DNA of 63,470 bases, counting the filler, from Intoshia linei (lineage: Eukaryota; Animalia; Orthonectida), in assembly GCA_001642005.1 (NCBI GenBank). It is 5 parts of 5 records of this genome, joined end to end, with 100 filler letters (N's around TTAATTAATTAA, not from the genome) between each part and the next. Parts side by side here need not be neighbours in the genome. Positions count along the whole stretch, not along the records: positions 1 to 16,748 come from LWCA01000838.1; positions 16,849 to 26,664 come from LWCA01001335.1; 3 more parts are not named here. One strand, written 5' to 3'. Numbering within the stretch: the first letter of the stretch is position 1; the number at the start of each line of letters is the position of its first letter. Positions 11,248 to 24,353 of the stretch are shown here, piece after piece. The notes under the pieces were generated by a model. The model saw nothing but the letters and a program-made list of their open reading frames with translations, had not been told where the DNA came from and searched no databases. The position numbers were made by a program, and so were the translations under genes.

Positions 11248-14200
11248 TCAAATATGTGAAGTCATAACATAACTGTTTCGATCAATGGAGCTGATGGTAT
11301 TATTGGCAGAGCTATTGTAAATTACAGAATCATTATCAAAACATTGATTTTGATGGTCCGTATCATTGCTACTTAACCGTAGTTTTCTGTTACGTCGAAT
11401 ACAATAAATTACGCTAACGGTGATGATTATAAATGCATTCAATATAACCAATGAAACTGTAATAATGATCATTTTTTTAGATGGTACATGTTTATTTGCT
11501 TCATCAGTATCAATAATGGACGGATTTGTAATTGATCCTATTTTAATTAATCTTAAATGAATTTTAAATTAAATTTACCCTCAACAGTGTCAACACATTT
11601 ATAATTTCCGATTGTATTTACACATATAAATTGATTTGAGCATCTTCGTATACCTTGTTCACATTCATTAATATCTATAATTTAATTTTAACTTTTATAA
11701 CATTAAAAATAAACCATGACAAGATTCTTTATTTTTCCCCAATTCGTAACCTGATTGACAACCACAGGAATACGTACCGGCATAATTATAACAAAAATGT
11801 TCGCAACCTCCGTTCTTATAGGCACATTCATTGACATCTAAAAATAAGGAATGTAATAATAAAAAAAGATTATTAACCTATACACTGAGTTCCATTCAAA
11901 GGAAATACGGCACCGTTTTGTAATTCGCAAAAGCACATGAGATTTGAAACAGTGAGAGCGGATCCACGATTCACTTGGCCACAACTTTGGCAAACAATTT
12001 TACCTAATTAAAATTTACATTTGACGTTACAATATATACCATCGCAGTATTTTTGAGGTATTGGACACCCTAAAAATATTATTTTAATTCAAATATCATC
12101 AACAAGATTAAAATCATAGTTAATTTAATATTTAAAATATACTGTTATCTAGAGGCGGACTGGTTGGAAGTAGAGTAGTATATGATGTAGTTGTAGTTAT
12201 TCCAGTATTTGAATTGGTTGTACACTTTTCATGGTCAACATTAATCTGAATGTTGTTCAGCAAACTAAAGTCATTTATGTACAAATTGTTGAATTCCGAA
12301 GAAATTTGGTCCAGCAAATTGTAATTTTGTACATTTGAACCAATTCCGATAACAACAATGGTGACTCCTGCATTTTTTAGATTAGCGGCCATATCAGAAA
12401 CTTCCAAATTCGTGTGTTTATTTTCTTTGTGTTCACCTATATTTATTAATCTTAACCACGTTATAAAAATTGTACCATCTGTTAGAAAAATTAAAACATT
12501 GTTTGCATCAGCCCTATCCCCCTTTCTAATATTGAACATTGAAGAATATACAAATTCTAAAGCTTGATACATGTAAGTGCTCGAATTCATATAATATGTA
12601 TCCTCAATATCGTCTTTCATTGCTTGGGGGTTTCGAACGTGATCATTTAAATTAAATTCCAACTGGATATCACTACCAAATGTAAGAAACCCAACCCTCA
12701 TAGCATCACTCATAATTTCATTTTGGAAATCAGTAATAAGAGTTTTAACAAATTCCAATTCTTTTATAAAATTTGTAGATGTTACACTGCCAGATGAATC
12801 CACTACTAATATTAAATCAATCTTACAATGCAGTGCTTGTCGACGCTTTCTAAACAAATTATCGTTTTGAGCTAAATTATTGGTATATTATACATTTCAA
12901 TATTATTTACCTGGACATATTTTATATCCATGTGGGCAAGTACAATAAAATGAATCCAGCGTGGTGTGGCAATAATGAGAACATGGATTTAAAATTTTAC
13001 ATTGATTTAATACTAAACGCATATATCATTTAATTTAGGAAATATTTACTTGAAGAGCCACTATCTCCTTTTGGACCGGGACGGCCCTGTTCTCCATATC
13101 CTGGTAAACCTATCGATCCTTTATAACCCATACTACCTCTTTCTCCTTTAACTCCTACATTTATGTTAAATGGTGTATAATCTATATCCTAACTTATATA
13201 ATATGCTATGCAATTTTTGTTTGTGTGTGTGTGTTCCACTTTATTAAAATAACTCACAGTTTTAGAATTTTATAAAGGCCACATTTCAAATACAGTTTTT
13301 TCCGGGACGTTTAATAAAATAAATTCCAACTTTCCAATTTAACATCTTACGGGTCAAAAACCCCAATTGTCCCTCTTTTTGAAAATCAAACGAGTTGGAG
13401 AATTTAAAAAAATATATACGCTGATATGGATTTTGAAACCATAAATCTTATCATAAATTTAAATTTAAATTTAAAAAAATTATATCTTCCGGGCCAAAAC
13501 CACAAATTACCCTTCTTTTTTTAATGTAAACAGCCCTATAATTTCAAAAAATTACAGGTGGTATAGTTGTTAATAATAGTATGTGTTAATAATATGTTAA
13601 TAATAGTTGTTATCCTGTTAACACACACAGAAAATTTTAATTCGAATAAATTACGACTTCCCGGTCTAAAAATTTATATATTATAATCATATTTTTTTTT
13701 GGAAATATTTTATTAAAACAAAAAATGTGAAATAATTAACTGTCCGAAAATTAAAAAAATAAGGTTATTCTGATAGAGCTTATTCCAATTGATATAAATA
13801 AAAAATTTAAACCCCACAAAACTACGCATTTCCGGTGAAAAATAATTTTTAATATATTATCAACCAATATTTTTCAAATATTTCGAATTAAAATAAAAAT
13901 GAAAATGCAAATTGATCCTACAGTTTCAAAAAAAATGTGCAGTGAACGTCTACACATTTCCAATAAAGAAATATCGGTGAAAATCTATATAATTCATTCC
14001 TTCGGAATTTTTTTCATTGCTACGCAATTTTTAAATTTCAAATTCTCATTTTCAAAACATTTTTAATAAAATATAATATAATATAATATTAAAATTTTTT
14101 AATCATTATTGATTATATTCATTCATTTTATATTATATTTCTACCTATTTCTCCTTTCATGCCGGCAGATCCCTTCATGCCCGTTATACCATCGAGTCCA

Positions 14201-14518
14201 TCATCTCCCTTTGCCCCACGCTCTCCTCTTGCTCCATCAAATCCAATTCTACCGTCGTCACCTTTCGCTCCATTATATCCGGGATACCCTCTTTCTCCTT
14301 TAGGTCCTTGATACCCCATTGGACCTGTATTTAAATATTAATTAATTTTTTATCAAAAACAATATAAGTACAAATTAATCAATACCCATTTCACCTTTGG
14401 AACCGTCTTTTCCACTATTTCCAGGTAAACCAACACGCCCCTATAATAGAATATACATATTTAACGAAAACGTCTACCATTTCACCCTTTTTACCGGGTT
14501 CTGACATTACGGATTCAC
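11248..14518 (-). CDS. Collagen (Gly-X-Y) - EGF - RKRR - vWA - Thr-rich - Cys-rich - 2x calcium-binding EGF - TM - cytoplasmic tail; 5' end not found
   Basis: Twelve frame-consistent exons: 14478-14518, 14386-14440, 14145-14324, 13050-13154, 12911-13012, 12476-12871, 12143-12436, 12040-12069, 11878-12003, 11715-11837, 11579-11674, 11248-11537, all with GT-AG introns. Motifs: MIDAS DSSGS...LTDG, DVNEC and DINEC EGF_CA starts, and TM IIITVSLVILNAFIIITVSVIYCI followed by RRNRK. Confidence 0.85.
13187..14100 (+). mobile_element. Non-autonomous Helitron 5' portion inside a collagen gene intron
   Basis: Begins A|TCCTAACTTATATAATATGCTATGCAATTTTTGTTTGTGTGTGTGT. Closely similar sequence starts at 29295, 34392 and 62970, and inverted at about 59065-59487. 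Confidence 0.75.
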
Positions 14519-14581
14519 CTAATTTATATTTAATGAACATAACATGTAATATAGTGCTCCTCGAAGCATATATACCTAGTA

Positions 14582-15660
14582 CAGTCAAAATCTCATTTAA
14601 CGAAAATGGGAAAACGTAAAAATGGCATATTCGTTAAATGAAGTTAACGAAAATATTAGAAATGTAAAAATAATTATAGGTTACGATCAATTTATATTGA
14701 CCCATAATATTAACAGAGTTTATCAATTTTTCGACATTCGTAACTTTACAATACACATTTGTAGATTCAACATATTTGTGAATTAGTTAATTTTTTTTAA
14801 CCCTTTTAACAAAATTTTCCTTTCAAACAAGCAACATATTATGAAAACTCTCAATGAAGCTATAATGACCGGAAGATATGAGGTGTACATACAAAACAAT
14901 TAAATGATATAACTTTTGAGAGAATTAAAAACATTATGTTCATGGGATTTTACTCAAAAAGTCTTAGAATCACTGGAATCGTATTGACATTGTAATTATA
15001 ATGACGAATATAATTCTTCTGCTAAATAATATATGAACTATGTATTGCTAAAATCAAATAATGTTAATTCATTGATTTACATTTAATTGTTAATATTTTT
15101 TAGGAAATAATCAGTTATTTTAACTGACTTCTTCTTCATTTCGAATAGATTTTGCCTTAAGGCACTGAGTTGTTTAACATCTTTACCATTTGATTGAAGG
15201 AAAAAGAGTTCTAATTTTTCAATATGGTAAAGAGCACCCGCAAAACCAATTAATTCAGTTTTATTTGTTTTATTTTTCAATTCCTCTATGTCATCAGAAT
15301 CGTTGCTGATGAAAATATTTTCCAAAAATATGTCATCTTGACAATAATTGTCATCACATATAGGTAGAATATCATAGAATGCTATATCATTATTAAATTC
15401 TATCAAATTTTTATATATAATTGCATTTTTCATCGATATATTCGCATTTTCACATTTCATATAATTATTTTTACATTCCCAGTTTGTATATGCATGACTA
15501 AAACAATTGATTATTGTATCAACTGATACAGTATTCCATGATTCAATTATAAGTGGAAGAGCATTTAACAATTTGAATTTCTTTATTTGATCCATTTAAT
15601 TTCTTAAAAAATTTTTTCTATAATTAGATTTAAAAGAATGAATAATTCCTTGGTCTATAG
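14582..15660 (-). mobile_element. pogo/Tigger (DDE_1) transposon 3' half, degenerate
   Basis: TA|CAGTCAAAATCTCATTTAACG TIR at 14582. The minus strand reads IDQGIIHSFKSNYRK*...IIESWNTVSVDTIINCF, the typical DDE_1 C-terminus. It is truncated at 15660 by a hAT-like end (CAGCCATTCTCAAC). Confidence 0.8.
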
Positions 15661-15959
15661 CAGCCATTCTCAACGGGGTTCACAGCACTTTTTTGGGGGT
15701 CCATGAAAATTATATACACTTGATAAAATTTTTCAAAACTAAATACTATCGTTTTTACTCGAAAGTACTCGGAACATTTGAATTTAACTGTTGACAACTC
15801 GGTTGTATTCAGTTATTTTTATCAGTACTGTTTACAAATTAAATTTATTGTAATATCTCAATAGTAAACAGTTCAACTATTATAAAACTACTATGAAAAT
15901 GACAATTTGTGAGATTATCCACCTAATAAATATAATGGTCAATATTTTTATTATCAATT

Positions 15960-16748
15960 CATTAGAACCGTCGAATTGATTTCTACGAATTAGATCAATA
16001 TAATCAATATTTTATGAAATGATTTAATGTTTTGAACTTATTTGGTCGTTGTTTAGATTCGGAAAGGTCGGTAATTTTTCAACATTTGACATTTCACAAC
16101 AGGAAACGGTAAATAAGTCTAAAATTGCATATTATGAACATATTTTTGACCAAACCTTGAAGGATAATTTTTATACCAAATCTTACATGGGAGGTATTTT
16201 TAAATTCTTGAATGGGAATTTTCAATTATTTTTTTACAAAACTCGAAATTTAAGCTTTAAGCCATATGTTCCATTCTTTCCATCCCAATATAATTTATGG
16301 TTGACTACGCCATTGCATGGTTTTTGGATTCGTACTGTTGTAGAGTCCCCCAACAAAGAACATTCGGAAAATCATCAATACCAACATAGATCGGTCGTTT
16401 TCTATTTTCCCACCATTTGTTCTTTAGGCAATCGTACAGTGAAGCCCTCATTCTATCAATTGCTTTCTGAACTGTTTGTACGCTACTTAATCCAAATATC
16501 TTAGTGATGACTCGCATAGTTGTAGCGGTTTTTAGCCAGAACAATGTCAAAATTAATGGATCTACCCCTTTAATTTTAGGTGAAGGACCTTGTCTTCTAT
16601 GGTCAACTAGGAATCCAATTAAACTGTGATACAGTAATTCCAGTTCCATTTTATAACATCCGGTAATATCCAAAATATCATCATTCTCTGAAAAAAATTT
16701 ATAAATAGGACCACTGAAATCAATTTCAATTTCTATGTTATCAACAAT
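15960..16748 (-). mobile_element. PIF/Harbinger transposase (DDE_Tnp_4 with HTH), frameshifted
   Basis: HTH_Tnp_4-like LILTLFWLKTATTMRVITKIFGLSSVQTVQKAI, followed in another frame by DSTTVRIQKP...YWDGKNGTYGLK. The element runs into the gap. Confidence 0.75.
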
Positions 16749-16848
16749 NNNNNNNNNNNNNNNNNNNNNNNNNNNNNNNNNNNNNNNNNNNNTTAATTAA
16801 TTAANNNNNNNNNNNNNNNNNNNNNNNNNNNNNNNNNNNNNNNNNNNN
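16749..16848. other. Assembly gap with TTAATTAATTAA linker
   Basis: 44 N + TTAATTAATTAA + 44 N. Confidence 0.97.
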
Positions 16849-17372
16849 TTAAGTGAATATTCAAAAAAGAAAGTAGGAAATCTTTGATTTTCTCTTATTA
16901 ATCAGAGTTCTCTGATTATGCGTTCTAATGAATTGTACAAATAAACATAGCCACAATTCATGATTTACGCACTGTTCAGCGCATATTTCATCATAAAACG
17001 TTTTCTACCCCACGCGAGTATTTACTTGTTAAAACTGCTTATTTATGTAAAGATTCACTGATATCAATAAATACCACCTTCCCTTCACCTTCCTGCAAAA
17101 ATCCTAATTAATAAGACTGAATTATTATTTAATTTTAAAGTTTGTATAATTACTTAGTTTCGGTGAAATCCTCAAAATTCTTAGGATTCTGATTCTTAAA
17201 AAATTGACGATACTACGATTTGTGATTCCGGTTTATTATTACTAATAGTTTTAAGGATGCAAATTAAAAATTGATGAAACTTTGTTTTAATTTTATACAA
17301 TTACCCCAAATTATTTAAATTTATTTAGATTTGAAAAATTATTAGAAGCGTAATTTACTTTAAATATTTTAG

Positions 17373-20300
17373 ATATATTGACCGACAAACTCCATTCAAA
17401 TTTATTGGTTGAACATTTGGACCTTTTAGAATCTTGGTTTAATTCAACAATATTTGACCATTTAAACAACTTTAATACTGAAATTGAACCACAAGATTTG
17501 ATTTATGCAAACCGAAAATTAAAAATGATAATATTACTATTATTTGAGTTTATATGCTCTGCGGATTGTGGTAATTTTCGTGAAATTGCATATCACTGCC
17601 TATGTGATTTTTTGCACATAATATTTATAAAACTATTAAAACTGAATAAGTTTGAAAGTATGCCTAAACTAGCAGAATGCTACGAAAATTACTTTTCTCA
17701 AACTGTCATTATCGAAGAATGTAAAATGATAAAAATTGAAACGTGTTCAATTCCATCTTGTTCCAAGCAAATTTTACTTTTATTGTATTTTGATATTTAT
17801 AATTTGGATTCTGAAATTTTTAATTTTGATAAAATTTCAAATATTGAAAGTTATATCAAACAAATTTTTAATTTGATTGAAAATGAAACAAAATTTGAAA
17901 TTTTTTTGTCATTTCTGATATTGTTATTAAAATTGATTAATCTATTAGTGTGTCAGCAAAATTATCAATGCATTCCGAAATTGTGTGATATTTTGGTAAA
18001 TAAACATGCAGTACAATTTTTGATATTTTGGAATAATTTAAATGAAGTTAAGACTAAATTATCTGTATTTAAATGTGTCTTTTCTTTGGATGAAATTTTT
18101 GTAGTTTTTAATTCGTTTATTGAAAATATTTTTAAAATATTGACGTCTTTTTTAACCTTTTGTGAATTTGATAACATGGAGATGCCGTATTTGATGATCA
18201 AGATTGATGGAAAGGATTCAATTGTACCTGTTTCAGTATTTAAATTGTTGATTTTTCTATTATCAACTCAACCTTTTGATGACAATTTACATTGTTTTAA
18301 TGAATTGTTTTATACGTGTTCATCTTTGGAAAAATTTAAAATTGTGGTTAAGGAGTCAGATTCTCATATTTTGTCGGACGATTATAATTTACTTCAAGCA
18401 TTGTTGGGAGTCGATCCTGAATCTATATATTATAAAGCCATTTCTAGTTTTGCTTTATTGAATTTAAGTCTTGATTCGGCTTTAAAAATATTAAATTCTT
18501 TTTCTGTGTCTAGAAATTGTTTGGGTACGCTGTTTCAGTATCTTGATGGAATAGTGGAAAACGATTCTCATGATTTATTGATGAATTATGTTTCTAATGA
18601 CAAAAATTGGTTCAATTTTGTGGATATGCTTAACATGCATTTGACAGATTTACATGGTAGTTTTGATGCAAGTAATGAAAACAAAATTGTGGGTTTCAAG
18701 TTTTTACACCATTTGAAGCAATTGAATGGTCAATATATTGAATCCCCTCAACCCTCATTTGATTCTGATGAATGCGTTTCCCTGCTCGATCACACTTTAT
18801 TAATGACTAGTGATTTTTTCAAATGTTTCTCTAACATTACCGTGAAAGACGATTTAAATCAATTTGGACTATTGGAGTATAAAATTATTAATTCTTTATA
18901 TGGTATGAATCTCCATGAAGCGACAGAAATGTTTACTCATTTGTACCGTTTTGTAAACGAGTTTATGAGAGGTTCTGAAATGAAATCAGTTCAACGTTCA
19001 AATGATAAGTTAATTTTTAAAATTGATTATGTATTTATTAAAACCTTATCCAGTATTTATGAATATGAATTGATCACGGTGATTGATGAATTTAGAGAAT
19101 TTATTGGTAAATTTAAGAAACCTATTGCACAGGTCATTGAAATTGATTCTGAAGAAAATGAAACTGAATCTAACGGACAAGTACATCTTGAGCAAATTTT
19201 AATGGTTAAATTTGACATGCATTCATTTTCACAACGTTTGATTGAAATTTCAAAAGATTTTAAAATTAAAATCCATTCCGATATTATTTCGTTTATTAAT
19301 TTTAATAAATATTCGGAAAATTTACAGTCTGTTTTGATTAATTATTTCACCAATTCTGAAGCCAAAGAAAAATGTTGCTATCGAAATTTTTTACAATTTT
19401 TATCTCGTATTGTTTTTGATTCAAATTCCAATATTTTGGAAGAATTTTTAATTAAAAATGATGTTATGCTTGGAATAGTTAAATTTATATTTGAAAATAG
19501 TTTTATTGATGATTCTATGATTGTTTTATTTTTTGAAGCTTTTTTTTTTAATTCTGAAGTTTGTGCCAATAATATATCTAGTGTTATTCTTGTTTTGAAT
19601 GAACTTTATCAGTTTTCTATGAATTCGAGGTACTTTAATAGACATTGCCGAGAGCTGAACTTACCAAGCTCGAGGCCATCCGAAAATGAAAAATATGGCC
19701 CTAATTTTTTTTAAACATATATCATATCATACGTGATGTCATATATTACCAGGCACTTATACAAGGCTGTTGACTTGAGACTTTAAATTTAGCACACAAA
19801 ATAGTTATAATGTTGGAAAATGTAATTTTTGTTTAAATGCTCAAAAATTATGGCCTCATTTTATGAATTTTAATTTCACCTAGGCCCTTGAAGAGTGATC
19901 TCGAGTACTATAGATTCGGCACTGAATAGCCGAATTTAACATTTTCAAGGCCCACTGATAATAAAAAATGGGTCTCTAAATAAAATTTCCAAAACTATCC
20001 GAAATGCCATATAGCCACTGCCTATCTCTTCATGAGTCTGGACTTAACGTTTAAATTTATCACTTACAATAGTTATAAATCATAACTTATGATGTTGAAA
20101 AATACAATTTTAATTTAAATGCTCAATTTGGAAAAATGAGAAAAATTTGGATTTGAAATTGGAAACAAAAACGTACAGTGGTGAACTCTTTCGAGTTTGG
20201 GAGTTTCCATTTAAATTTTTTTATAATTGTAAATTATAATTAAATCAATTTTTGAGAAAATGGTCAAAAATACACTTACCAACATATATATTTTACCTGT

Positions 20301-22756
20301 CGTATGGGTTATACATTTTTTGTTTGAAAATATGTGTCAGTGTCGAACTAAACGGACCGAGACCTTTTTTAGAAGTCTCGGCGAAATTCTTCCAAATGGA
20401 CCATTATAAAAAATTATATTCTTGAATATTAACTATTTTGTTTGTTAAATTTAGAATGTTTTGTCATGAGTCTTGAAGATGTGGTAAGGGTTATATGACA
20501 CTACGCATATTTTGCTAAATTTTTTCATATTCGGTACCTCGAGCTGGGTAAGTGCGGCTCTGACAGGTTGGGATTAAAAAATTTAAAATTCAATAAATTC
20601 ATATTTAAATTAAATTTGAAAATCAATGGTTACAATAATTGTGAATTGAACTATTTTTTATATCTTTAACAAAATTTTCACTTTCCAAACAAATTTTTTA
20701 TTATTTTTGCGTAGTAAATAAGTGAAAACAAAAAAATATCCAGAAATTGGTAAAAATACACTCTGCAAAATATATTTACCTGTCAGATGTATTATAAATT
20801 TTTGTTTGAAAATAACTAATTAGTACATTACAAAATTTGAAATTCAATAAGTTTAAATTTAAATTAAATTTGAGAATCGATAGTTACAGTAATTGTTGAG
20901 TCGGCTATTTTTAGTTTATTCACAAAATTTTCACTTTCTAAATAAATTTTCAATTTTTTTAATACATTGTTGCGTAGCTACAAAAAAGTATTCAGAAAGT
21001 GGTAAAACTACATTGTTCAAAATATATTTACCTGTCGTATGTATTATACATTTTTGTTTGAAAATAACTGATTAATACATTACAAAATTTGAAATTCATT
21101 AATTTATATCTAAATTAAATTTGAATTTCGATAGTTACAGTAAGTGATGAGTTTACTATTTTTATTTCATAGGCAAAATTTTCACTTTCCAAACAAATTT
21201 TTCATTTTTTTAAATGCATAGTTGCAATACAATGCAACGTGACAACAAAAATTTTGTGGGTGAAGTTAAGTTTAAGTTTTAAAACCACTGCTGTATAAAA
21301 CTATATTTCTATATTTAGAAATAAAGTAAAAGCAATACTGAAAAACATTGTTGAAACCATGTTGAATATTTTGGATAAAAAAGATCTCGAATATAAAAAA
21401 GTAAACATAGCACCGTACAAAGTAAACGTTTTAATTGAAATAAGTAATGACTTGCCAGAAAAAAGTTTTGAATCATATGTAAAATTACTTCAAAGTATAT
21501 TCAGTAACGTTGATTTACGTCAAATCAGCTATAGTATAAATTTATCTGAAAAAATGAAAACATTTTTGTTCTACTGGTCAATGAGTAATCCAAATGATTA
21601 TATGGATGCAGAAAACATGTTGACAAAAAAAACATTTACTACTAATATACAATCGAAACTTGATACAGACATTATTATGTTACTGAGAGAAAGTATTGAT
21701 CCAATAAAATTTATCGAACTATATGATTCTAGTGAAAAAAATGTACTCAACCAGACTAATAATTTGGAGAAACATTTGGCAATATCAAAATTTTACATTT
21801 CGTTTGTTATTGGACGACACCCCTTGTATTTACTCCGACAATTTCCTACCATTCAATGTTTGATGTGTGGAATTTGGGAATATTCATTGGATCAAATAAT
21901 TTCAAATAAATTTCTCCAAATTTGTATCCACTTACTAAAAAGCCTAAATGCAATAAACCCCAAAATATATAAACATGTTCCCTTTCATACACACTTGTCT
22001 CAATTTATAGCTACATTTATGAATCTTTTTGAAGTTAATTTGAAGGCGACCCATACTGTTTTTTTAGAATTTAAGAGACAATTTTTTTTTTTTATTAGAT
22101 TAATCTTTAAATTTGGTCATTCTTTTAAAATTTATAAATTTTTTAATGATCGAATTGAACTGTCTAAAAAGATTTGTGAATCTGGTGATTATAGGCTTAT
22201 TTTGTTAATCTCAAAGGATATGAAGAAAATTAAATATGAAAACATTGATAGTATTTCATTTAATTTACTAGAAAATGATTATTGTTTCAAACCTTGTGAT
22301 TTGGATAAGATTGATTTAGAAGGAATAGATGATTTGAATTATTTCACAATTTTTAAAAAAATTTCAGAAGTAAAAAAAAATAAAGTGCAATCTGAACAAT
22401 TTCATCTCGATCAATTGCACTCCAATTTATGTCAATATCTAGCATGTGATAATCATTTCATTTCCAATGCAGCATTTACTTTTATTATTGATTCTTTTCA
22501 TCAATCTAAAACTATTAAGGACTTTACTTTTTATTTTCTCCGTAATTTACTTGAAAAGTACAAGGTGATGGCTAATTTTACAGATTTATTGGCTAAAATT
22601 AAAACTCTTTTTGTAAGAAATGTAGATTACTTTGACCAGTTACCTATCTTATGTTTTGAATCTTTTTCAAATTATAATTATGATATTTCTCATCAATTTA
22701 TTGATTTTATTGAAAATCGATCTACTGATTTTGTTAAGAATATTCCAGCGTTGTAA
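17373..22756 (+). CDS. INTS1: Integrator complex subunit 1-like (divergent; 5' exons unresolved)
   Basis: The 778-aa and 465-aa ORFs join in frame via intron 19630-21318 (TCGAG|GTACTT ... TTTAG|AAATAAAG, giving S-R-N-K-V). The motif GRHPLYLLRQFPTIQCLMCG matches the conserved INTS1 C-terminal HPLLxLRxLP motif. Composition fits a helical repeat protein. A splice acceptor lies at 17372. Confidence 0.72.
19650..19924. mobile_element. hAT-like MITE family (CAGAGCCGAAC... / ...TTCGGCACTG termini)
   Basis: The same termini and AAGCTCGAGGCCACCCGAAAAT core recur at 6535, 20480-20562 (-), 23795-23863 (-), 30107-30319 and 46213. The TSD is not clean here. Confidence 0.6.
20575..21215 (+). repeat. Tandem array of about 2.5 units of ~255 bp in the INTS1 intron
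   Basis: AAATTTGAAATTCAATAAATT...AAAATTTTCACTTTCCAAACAAATTTTT...TATTTACCTGTC recurs at about 20575, 20833 and 21085. A related single copy lies at 23865-24060. Confidence 0.75.
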
Positions 22757-22811
22757 ATTTAATATTCAAATGTCAAATAAATTTTTATCATTAATTAATA
22801 TTATATACATA

Positions 22812-23310
22812 CTAGCTTGGCTGTTTTGTACTACGTACACACAGCACATAGCTCTGCCGAGGGCACTCTTTTATTATACCAAAAAAATAAATTCATGTTG
22901 AAAATTTAACTTAAAAATCCTACTATTCACTATTATCAATCCTTTAAAGGAGTGGTTCCCAAATTTGTTTCAGGTGGAACCGTCATATCACATTATTTTT
23001 ACTTTAAAGTGAATTATATCTTAATTTTTTTGTTAACATTTGCGTAAAGAATTTTAATCCCATTTTTTTAATTTATTAGACAGAATGTGTGTATAATATT
23101 AAAAATAAAGTAAAAACAGTCCAATCCTAAAAATTGTCATAAATAGCATAAATTCCAAAAAAATAAAATTAGTCCAATACTAAAAATTGTCATAAAGGTG
23201 TGAGTTTTGGAAATTGAAATTTATATTATTATATGTAAAAATTGTCATAAATAGCATAAATTCCCAAAAAAATAAAATTATAAAAACCTATTTAGTCATT
23301 TTAAATGTAT
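22812..23310 (-). mobile_element. Helitron 3' segment with internal tandem duplication
   Basis: A|CTAGCTTGGCTGTTTTGTACTACGTACACACAGC. The unit AAAAATTGTCATAAATAGCATAAATTCC is repeated within 23120-23280. Confidence 0.78.
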
Positions 23311-24353
23311 ATATGAATATATGTCACTTTAACTGTAAATTAATTAAAAAAATGAGCGATTCAAGTCTTGTAATGGAATTATATTTCTGAATTTGAAAGT
23401 TCATTTAGATAGCGAAAAAGACGTTAAGATCAAAATTAGGGATCAGTACTTTTTAGGACCCCATTTCCCTTTTTTATAAAACCTCTATATTTGCAGTAAG
23501 ATTTTCATATTTTTAACCTTGGTATCGTAAATTACAGTTAATTTTACCCTAGAAAGATTCTTTATATTTTAAAATTTATATTAGAATTAGTGTAATTAAG
23601 GCACTTATAAAAATAATAAAATTATTAGTTTGCCTATAGCAATAAAACTATTACCTGATTATTTCAAAAAGTTGAGCGATTCATACCACAAGAGTTACAT
23701 CATTTTGTTCACCCTGAAATTATCTATAATACTATTATAATTTTATCCAGATCAAAAAAAACGTCAATTTTGTCGGACAGTGTAATAGTAGCAATATGAC
23801 ACTACGCATAGTTTGCGAAATTTTTCATATTCGGGTGCCTCCATCTGGGTAGATTCGGCTCTGACAGATTGTGATTGAAAAATTAAAAATAAAATAAATT
23901 TATAATTAAATTAAATTTGAAAATCGTTGGTTACAATAATTGTTCAACCAGTTAAATTAACTATTTTTATATATTCAGCAAAATATTCACTTTCGAAACA
24001 ATTTTTTTTGTGTGCATAATTACGTGACAACAAAAAAGTCTCCAGAAAGTCGTAAAAATACCCAAATACGGCCAATGACCGTAGGTCATCATAAAAATCA
24101 AATTTTCCAATATTAACCATTAATAAATTAAAATAGTAGCCTCTCGTGATTGTAGGACCGGTCCTTACTGCCTCTCTCAAGGTCCTGATTGTAAAGTGCA
24201 GCTCTTGTTAATTATCATTATTTAATTTTGAATTATGATTATATCAAAGAGAGAAAAGTAATGCCGTAATACATTTTTTAATTGTTGATCGATATTACAT
24301 TTCAATAAAAAATAAACTAAAATTATCATAAAAATTGATAAAAGTAAATGTAA

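Noticed and set aside
16049-16504. 151-aa plus-strand ORF
   Set aside because: It is antisense to the Harbinger transposase relic and shows no family signal.
16793-16804. Palindromic TTAATTAATTAA recurring four times in the window
   Set aside because: It is always centred in an identical 44N-12-44N block and places stop codons in all six frames, so it is an artificial scaffold linker.
17050-17240. Candidate 5' exons for the collagen gene (-) or INTS1 (+)
   Set aside because: Splice-like sites exist on both strands, but none gave a convincing signal peptide, Gly-X-Y run or phase-consistent join.
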